Source of the DNA: Bacteroidales bacterium
Lineage (GTDB): Bacteria; Bacteroidota; Bacteroidia; Bacteroidales; UBA932
Direction of reading: 5' to 3'
Assembly: GCA_017428325.1 (NCBI GenBank)
Contig: JAFRRA010000005.1
Span: 126,007-190,006, forward strand
DNA: 64,000 bases
This document shows positions 58,299 through 64,000 of the stretch, piece after piece. The notes under the pieces were generated by a model, which saw only the letters and a list, made by a program, of their open reading frames with translations, was not told the origin of the DNA and searched no databases. Made by a program: the position numbers and the translations under genes. Each line of letters starts with the position of its first letter. Position 1 is the first letter of the stretch.

Positions 58299-60677
58299 AT
58301 GAATAGCTTTTTAAAATTCCTGGGTAAAAACAAGTTATATGCTGCAATAGAAGCGTTTGGACTGATTGTGAGCCTTGCGTTCGTGATACTGATTGGCTCC
58401 TACGTGTGGCAGCAGTATGAGGTGACAAGGGAGAATCCGGACGGAGACAGGATATACGGGTTCGGCAAGGATGACCTTCTGGCGATGGGCTGGTGGGACA
58501 AGGAGGCTCTGGACAGCATACCAGGAGTGGAGAGCATAACAAGGTTAAGTTCCTCAGGCCAGGAGGTTCTCAAGTTCTCAGACAAAATATACCTGGCTTC
58601 CTGTGGCGAGATAGACACAAATTTCTTCAGCATTTTTCATTACAGGATATTGGAGGGCAGCCTTCAGGATTTCCAGAGCGGAGGCAGCGTTCTGGTAAGC
58701 AAGAGCTTCGCGTCAAAGATAGATGACGGAAACGGGGTGTTGGGAAGGACGATAAGCCGGACGACAGGAGAATATGGGGGAGAGTCCACCTATAAGGATT
58801 ATGTCATTGGAGGAATAGTTGAAGACTTCGGGAACAGCCTTGTCATAGGCCATGATATCTTTATGTCAGCGGGAGTCAGTCCATATAAAGACGCAAAGAA
58901 CCGTTTCATGTCTTTCGGTACTCATACGACAATAATCAAAAGGCAGAAGGAAGCGGATGAGGAAACTTTCAAGCAGAATATCCTGGACAAGTGTTATGAA
59001 AACTACAGGTTTTTCAATAAGGAGGATGATGTACTGCATCTTTACAACTACAAGGAAATGTACTTTCACAAAGGGGCTTATTTTCTGCATCATTCGGACA
59101 AGACAATCCTCAGGCTGCTCCTTATAGTGGTGCTGCTCCTTGTGGCTTCCGCCATAATCAATTACATAAACCTGAATGTGGCTCTGGTGAGAAAGAGGTC
59201 AAGGGAGATGGCAACCCGCAGACTGCACGGGGCAACCAAGGCGGGAGTGATATGGAAGTACATATCTGAATCTCTGCTGTTTACGGCTGTGTGTTTTGCA
59301 GTCGCCCTTATTCTGGCTTATCTTCTGACACCTGTTGTAAGCTCTCTGCTTTCAGGTGAATTCAAGGAGCAGGACATATCGCTGAGGTTTGTTATAAACT
59401 TCAAATATGTGGCAGCTTATATCCTGGCAATACTGGTATTCGGGACACTTGCAGGCCTTCTTCCGGCACTTGAAGCCTCCAAGGCACAGCCGATAGACGT
59501 AATCAGGGGAACATACGCCAGAAGGAGCAGGATGGTGCTTGGCAAGTTCTTCATAGTTTTCCAGAACGCCCTGTCTGTCATTCTGATAGCCCTTGCAATA
59601 ACTATGGAATTGCAGATGAAGCATCTGCTTGACCGCCCGATGAATTTCACCTCGGAAAATCTGTTCACGTTTGCGGGACCTTCGACAATAGATCAGATGA
59701 AGCCATTGGAAGAAAGGCTCAGGAAACTGCCCTTCGTGGAAGAGATCGGATATGGCAGAGGATTCCCCGGGAATATCAATATGAGGATGACAAGGAAGAT
59801 GGATGTTGGCGGAGAGGAAAAACAGATGGAGTTTGCAATGATGAGTTGTGACTCTACCTACTTCCGTCTGCTCGGATTGGAGAAAGTTGAGGATTTCGGC
59901 CATCCTATGAACAATTCCATGTGGCTGAGCGAGACGGCTTTCCGTATGGCGGAAGTGTCTGATACATCCACTTATTTTGCCAGGTCGTTGACTATGAACA
60001 ACATCACTGCAGACTACATTGGAGGAGTAATAAAAGACACTCCTTCAGACAGGTTGGAAGCAAGTGAGGAAAACCAGAGCATCTGCGTTCTGGTTGCTGA
60101 GGCTGAGAAATTACGGTATTCCTGCAATCCCCTGATCAAGATTACTCCGAGTGTGGACAAAGCCTATGTTGAGAAGACCATAATGGATACTTACAAGGAA
60201 TATATGGAAGAGACTCAAGGATTTTCCAACGATCCATACTTTCGCGGATTCCTGGAAGATATCCTGGCAGATGAAGTTGCTCCGGCTGTAAGGACGATGA
60301 GGCTTCTGGAGATGTTTATGGCTCTGGCGGTGATGATATCCCTGCTTGGCCTGATAGCGATGAGCACTTACTTCAGCGGGGAGAACACCAAGCAGATAGC
60401 TGTAAGGAAAGTCTTCGGCAGCAATGTGGCAAAGGAGACTGCCCGTTCCGTCAAGGCTTATCTTGTGCTGGTATTTATCGCGATAATAATAGGAGTCCCG
60501 ATTGCCTGGTACGCCTGTTCAAGGTATCTGGAGCAGTATGCCTACAGGATAGGGGGCGTGATCCTGCCTATAGTGCTGGCCGTTATGCTGACTCTGGTAT
60601 TTGCCGCATGTTCAGTGCTTTGGCAGGTGCTCCGCTCTGCCAGGACCAATCCTGCGGTCGCCCTGAAGAAGGAGTGA
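58299..60677 (+). CDS. FtsX/MacB-type ABC transporter permease (double-module), copy 2
   Basis: This is a paralogue of 54063-56474 with the same architecture (ATRRLHGATKAGV..., IAVRKVFGSNVAK..., C-terminus NPAVALKKE). I set the start at the ATG at 58299 because the ORF-track start is a TTG. Confidence 0.85.
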   Translation: MNSFLKFLGKNKLYAAIEAFGLIVSLAFVILIGSYVWQQYEVTRENPDGDRIYGFGKDDLLAMGWWDKEALDSIPGVESITRLSSSGQEVLKFSDKIYLASCGEIDTNFFSIFHYRILEGSLQDFQSGGSVLVSKSFASKIDDGNGVLGRTISRTTGEYGGESTYKDYVIGGIVEDFGNSLVIGHDIFMSAGVSPYKDAKNRFMSFGTHTTIIKRQKEADEETFKQNILDKCYENYRFFNKEDDVLHLYNYKEMYFHKGAYFLHHSDKTILRLLLIVVLLLVASAIINYINLNVALVRKRSREMATRRLHGATKAGVIWKYISESLLFTAVCFAVALILAYLLTPVVSSLLSGEFKEQDISLRFVINFKYVAAYILAILVFGTLAGLLPALEASKAQPIDVIRGTYARRSRMVLGKFFIVFQNALSVILIALAITMELQMKHLLDRPMNFTSENLFTFAGPSTIDQMKPLEERLRKLPFVEEIGYGRGFPGNINMRMTRKMDVGGEEKQMEFAMMSCDSTYFRLLGLEKVEDFGHPMNNSMWLSETAFRMAEVSDTSTYFARSLTMNNITADYIGGVIKDTPSDRLEASEENQSICVLVAEAEKLRYSCNPLIKITPSVDKAYVEKTIMDTYKEYMEETQGFSNDPYFRGFLEDILADEVAPAVRTMRLLEMFMALAVMISLLGLIAMSTYFSGENTKQIAVRKVFGSNVAKETARSVKAYLVLVFIAIIIGVPIAWYACSRYLEQYAYRIGGVILPIVLAVMLTLVFAACSVLWQVLRSARTNPAVALKKE

Positions 60678-60701
60678 GTTTATTTCTTAAATTTGTGGTG
60701 A

Positions 60702-62075
60702 ATGAAAAAGGGAAAGATACTGGTAGTGGATGACAATGCGGGAATCAGAAGCGCTCTGAAGATTCTGCTTCCTTCGCACTTTGCACAGGTGGAGCTTCTG
60801 GCTTCACCTTCGTCTCTTATGACCAGGCTCAGAGATTTCAGGCCGGAGGTGGTGCTTCTGGACATGAACTTCTCGGCAGATATCAATACCGGAAACGAAG
60901 GCTTGTTCTGGCTCGGCGAAATCAGGAAGGCCTATCCTCAGACAAAGGTTGTGCTGTTTACGGCATACGCGGATGTGGCTCTGGCCGTGGAAGGAATGAA
61001 AAGAGGAGCCTATGATTTCATAGTCAAGCCGTGGGAGAACGAGAAACTCATTGAGATATTGACCGGAGCCTATAAGGCATCTGTTTCAGAATCAGGCGGA
61101 AAGGCTTTTGATTCTTCTTGTTCGGATGGAGGGGACTCTTCTTCCGTCCAGATGTTCTGGGGAAATACACCGGCAATGGTTTCCCTGAAAAGAATAGTGG
61201 ACAAAGTAGCCGCGACAGATGCCACTGTGCTCATAACAGGAGAGAACGGAACGGGCAAGGACGTGCTTGCCAGATATATTCATTCACTTTCTCAGCGGTG
61301 TGGCAGGATTATGGTCAGCGTAGATGCCGGAGCCGTGCCCGAGAGCCTGTTCGAGAGCGAACTGTTCGGCCACGTCAAAGGTTCCTTTACGGATGCCATA
61401 GCTGACCACAAGGGCAAGTTCGAGGCGGCTGACGGCGGCACTCTATTTTTGGACGAGATAGGGAACATACCGCTCTCAAGCCAGGCCAAACTTCTGCGGG
61501 CCATACAGAACAGGAGCATCTCAAAAGTAGGTGACAATAAAATTATTCCGGTGGATATCAGACTGATATGCGCTACAAACAGAAATCTTCCCCAGCTTGT
61601 TGCTGACGGCCTTTTCCGCGAAGACCTTTTCTACAGGATCAACGCCTTCCATCTTCACATTCCGGCTCTCAGAGAAAGGGCAGATGACATTGTTCCCCTG
61701 GCAACTATGTTTCTGAAAAAGTTCTCCGACAAATACCACAGAGACGTGAGCGGAATGACAGAGGAAGCCAGAGTGCTTCTGACCAGGCTTTCCTGGAGCG
61801 GCAATATCCGCCAGCTTCAGAACGTGATGGAGAAAGCCGTTATCCTGAGCGACGGACCTGTGCTTGAAGCCTCTGCTTTTTCGGACGAGCTGTCAGACTC
61901 CGCTGAGGGAGAACCAGAATCTTCCGGGAAAGACGTGTTCACTCTGGAGGAGGCTGAGAAACAGGCTATAGCCTCTGCCATGAAAAAGTATGGAGATAAC
62001 CTTTCTCTCGTTGCCAAGGCTCTGGATATAAGCCGTCCCACATTGTACAACAAATTAAAGAAATACGGGCTTTAG
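60702..62075 (+). CDS. Sigma-54-dependent response regulator (NtrC family)
   Basis: The receiver domain reads ILVVDDN...VLLDMNF. The AAA+ sigma-54 interaction domain has GENGTGKDVLARYIH, the GAFTGA-variant GSFTDA, and TLFLDEIG. The C-terminal Fis-type HTH reads NLSLVAKALDISRPTLYNKLKKYG. Confidence 0.9.
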   Translation: MKKGKILVVDDNAGIRSALKILLPSHFAQVELLASPSSLMTRLRDFRPEVVLLDMNFSADINTGNEGLFWLGEIRKAYPQTKVVLFTAYADVALAVEGMKRGAYDFIVKPWENEKLIEILTGAYKASVSESGGKAFDSSCSDGGDSSSVQMFWGNTPAMVSLKRIVDKVAATDATVLITGENGTGKDVLARYIHSLSQRCGRIMVSVDAGAVPESLFESELFGHVKGSFTDAIADHKGKFEAADGGTLFLDEIGNIPLSSQAKLLRAIQNRSISKVGDNKIIPVDIRLICATNRNLPQLVADGLFREDLFYRINAFHLHIPALRERADDIVPLATMFLKKFSDKYHRDVSGMTEEARVLLTRLSWSGNIRQLQNVMEKAVILSDGPVLEASAFSDELSDSAEGEPESSGKDVFTLEEAEKQAIASAMKKYGDNLSLVAKALDISRPTLYNKLKKYGL

Positions 62076-62076
62076 G

Positions 62077-63315
62077 ATGCCTTTGAAGTGGATTGTCATA
62101 TTGATTGTGGGGGTGGCCGTCTTGTCGGCGGTTCTTGCCGTCATAGTCAGTTCTTACAGGGTGCGGCGCAAGGTAAACTATATGCTGGACGCTCTGGAGG
62201 ATGGTGAAACCAACTTCCGCTTCAGCGAGAGGAAATCCAGACTGAACAAGACACTCAACCGCCTGAACGGAATTTTCAAGCAGGAAAGGCTGGCAATCCG
62301 TGAGCAGGAGAAGTTTTTCGGCACTCTTTTGGACAATGTCAAAACCGGAATCGTAGTGTTTGACACCTCTTCAGGCGCAATCACTTACAGTAACAGCCGG
62401 GCGCTTCAGATTCTCGGACTGGCTTCTCTTGTCAACATCAAGCAACTCAGGATAATAGACAACAATCTGGCCGCGGCTTTTATCGCTGAGAAAGAAGTGT
62501 CCGATTCCGAAAAGAACAAGGCAAGCTTCTACAACGAGAGTTCCCAGAAGACAATAGTGATGTCCAAGTCCTCCGCCCTTGTGCAGGGAAGGGACGTGAG
62601 GATAGTTTCCTTCAACGATGTTACAGAGGAACTGGAGACTAACCAGGAGGAGGCTTACTCAAAGCTCATCAGGGTCCTGACCCACGAGATCATGAATACA
62701 GTCACTCCTATTTCCTCACTCAGCGACGCTCTGGTCTCATATCTTGAGCCTGAAGACGATGAGTTGACTCCAGAGAGGCGAAAGGCCCTCAGGGACGGTC
62801 TGGACACTATTGCTTCCTCTTCCCGTTCTCTGATCCAGTTCGTGGAATCATACCGCAACCTCACCAGGGTGGCTCCTCCTGTCAAGAGCGTGTTCTATGT
62901 CAGGGACCTTGCCTCAGAAGTGATGGAGCTTACTTCGGAGCAACTGGCATCCTCCAGTGCAAGTCTTTCATTTGCAGAACGCTCTGATGACGTGATTCTG
63001 TTTGCAGACAGGGGGCAGATACTTCAGATTCTTATCAATCTGGTAAAGAATGCAGTTCAGGCCAAGGCCCGGACCATAAATATGGAAGCCAGGATTGATT
63101 CGTCCGACATAACCATTATTGAAGTTTCAAACGACGGGGAGCCGATAACCCCGGAAGCCCAGAAGCAGATGTTCGTGCCGTTCTACACCACCAAGCAAGA
63201 CGGAAGCGGTATAGGGCTTGCCATCTCACGCCAGATAATGAGGATGCACAATGGTCAGATCAGCCTCAAGTCCTCCACAGCGGAGAAGACAACATTCAGC
63301 CTGATTTTCCGATAG
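62077..63315 (+). CDS. Sensor histidine kinase
   Basis: The protein has an N-terminal TM helix. The H-box is LTHEIMNTVTPI, the N-box is LINLVKNAVQA and the G-boxes are NDGEPI and GSGIGLAISRQIM. Confidence 0.88.
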   Translation: MPLKWIVILIVGVAVLSAVLAVIVSSYRVRRKVNYMLDALEDGETNFRFSERKSRLNKTLNRLNGIFKQERLAIREQEKFFGTLLDNVKTGIVVFDTSSGAITYSNSRALQILGLASLVNIKQLRIIDNNLAAAFIAEKEVSDSEKNKASFYNESSQKTIVMSKSSALVQGRDVRIVSFNDVTEELETNQEEAYSKLIRVLTHEIMNTVTPISSLSDALVSYLEPEDDELTPERRKALRDGLDTIASSSRSLIQFVESYRNLTRVAPPVKSVFYVRDLASEVMELTSEQLASSSASLSFAERSDDVILFADRGQILQILINLVKNAVQAKARTINMEARIDSSDITIIEVSNDGEPITPEAQKQMFVPFYTTKQDGSGIGLAISRQIMRMHNGQISLKSSTAEKTTFSLIFR

Positions 63316-63323
63316 GACGTCTG

Positions 63324-64000
63324 TTAGATGATGTATGATATTTCCTTGAAAGCAAATGTCTTGCTGGAGCCGTCGCGGTATTCCAGGACGATGCAGGCTG
63401 TGTCGCTGAGGCCGATGATCTTTGCTTCCACTTCTTTGTTTTCCTCGGTTTCTATGTAGCGGTGGAATTCGTTTTTGCGGTAGAGCTTTTCAAGGTATTC
63501 CTTGTACAGGGAGTCGAATTTTCCGGTCTGGGCGAATTCTTCTTTGGCCCTGTCGTAGAAGCGGTAGATTTCAGACACGAGGATTTCAAGCTCGTCGGTG
63601 AGGATAAAATCTGGAGTGCCTTCCTTGAGTTCTTTAATCAGCGAAGTAGGGTTGGGAAGGTCTTTCGGGAACTCTTTCTGGTTGATGTTCAGGCCGATGC
63701 CGCAGACGCTGGAGGAGAGCATATCTCCTGAAATGCCGTGCTCGATGAGTATGCCGCAGATCTTGCGGTCTTCCACGTAGATGTCGTTAGGCCATTTGAT
63801 CTTGGATGAGACGCCTTTCTTCTTGAGGTAGCTCTCAAGGCCGAGGGTTACAATTACGGATATGATGAACTGGTCCTTGGCCAGGATGAAATCCGGTTTG
63901 AACAGGATGGAGAACATCAGGTTCTTGGCCTGGTCGCTGGTCCACTTGTTGCCCCTCTGGCCACGCCCCGCGGTCTGGAACTCGGCTGCCCAGACAGTCT
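63324..64000 (-). CDS. birA: Biotin--[acetyl-CoA-carboxylase] ligase (5' end beyond right edge)
   Basis: The frame stays open upstream of the ORF-track Met to the window edge. It encodes ...QTAGRGQRGNKWTSDQAKNL, the BirA GRGRxGRxW-type motif. Downstream segments are KWPNDIYVEDRKICGILIE and GIGLNINQ. Confidence 0.85.
   Translation of the reverse strand, partial: TVWAAEFQTAGRGQRGNKWTSDQAKNLMFSILFKPDFILAKDQFIISVIVTLGLESYLKKKGVSSKIKWPNDIYVEDRKICGILIEHGISGDMLSSSVCGIGLNINQKEFPKDLPNPTSLIKELKEGTPDFILTDELEILVSEIYRFYDRAKEEFAQTGKFDSLYKEYLEKLYRKNEFHRYIETEENKEVEAKIIGLSDTACIVLEYRDGSSKTFAFKEISYII

Noticed and set aside
1-64000. Whole-window scan for CRISPR arrays, rRNA genes, transposases, integrases, phage genes and long direct or inverted repeats.
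   Set aside because: I saw no regularly spaced repeats and no recombinase-like ORFs. The only paralogous sets are the three lipoproteins and the two permeases. An exhaustive repeat search needs software that I cannot run.

Overview
This 64 kb window looks like a Bacteroidales-type chromosome, and it is mostly housekeeping DNA. The taxon call rests on recurrent TAnnTTTG -7 promoter boxes, many lipobox proteins and the gene content. I support about 66 protein genes, including polA, trpS, rsmG, rpmH, queD, ogt, bcp, tpiA, tig-clpP-clpX, pyrF, xpt and a partial birA. rpmH is too short for the ORF track. I also support two tRNAs, Ala-GGC and Leu-TAG, plus several promoter boxes and hairpin terminators. 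I see no CRISPR array, rRNA, transposase or integrase.

The best candidate for an uncharacterised system is at 39.7-42.3 kb. A radical SAM/SPASM enzyme sits among three paralogous small lipoproteins of about 150 aa. The lipoproteins share two invariant sequence blocks and look like exported protein substrates of the enzyme.

Other points worth a second look:
- A near-consensus sigma-54 promoter lies in front of a TolC/MacA/MacB efflux operon. The same locus ends with a sigma-54-dependent two-component system.
- An AT-rich insert carrying a HicB-like/YafQ toxin-antitoxin pair separates two MacB-type permease paralogues.
- Two ECF-sigma modules flank a large beta-barrel receptor and a stand-alone plug-like protein.
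- Nearly identical Lys/Ala/Pro-rich C-terminal tails occur on three unrelated proteins: a sigma factor, Ogt and trigger factor.
- Triose-phosphate isomerase carries two insertions.
- A flavodoxin and a rhodanese-MBL fusion both carry lipoprotein signals.
- A perfect 16-bp palindrome lies between two divergent peptidase genes.
- The tRNA-Ala has a non-canonical T-loop.

All calls come from reading the sequence and the ORF translations by eye. No searches were run. Start codons were adjusted by hand where the ORF track began at an upstream or alternative start.
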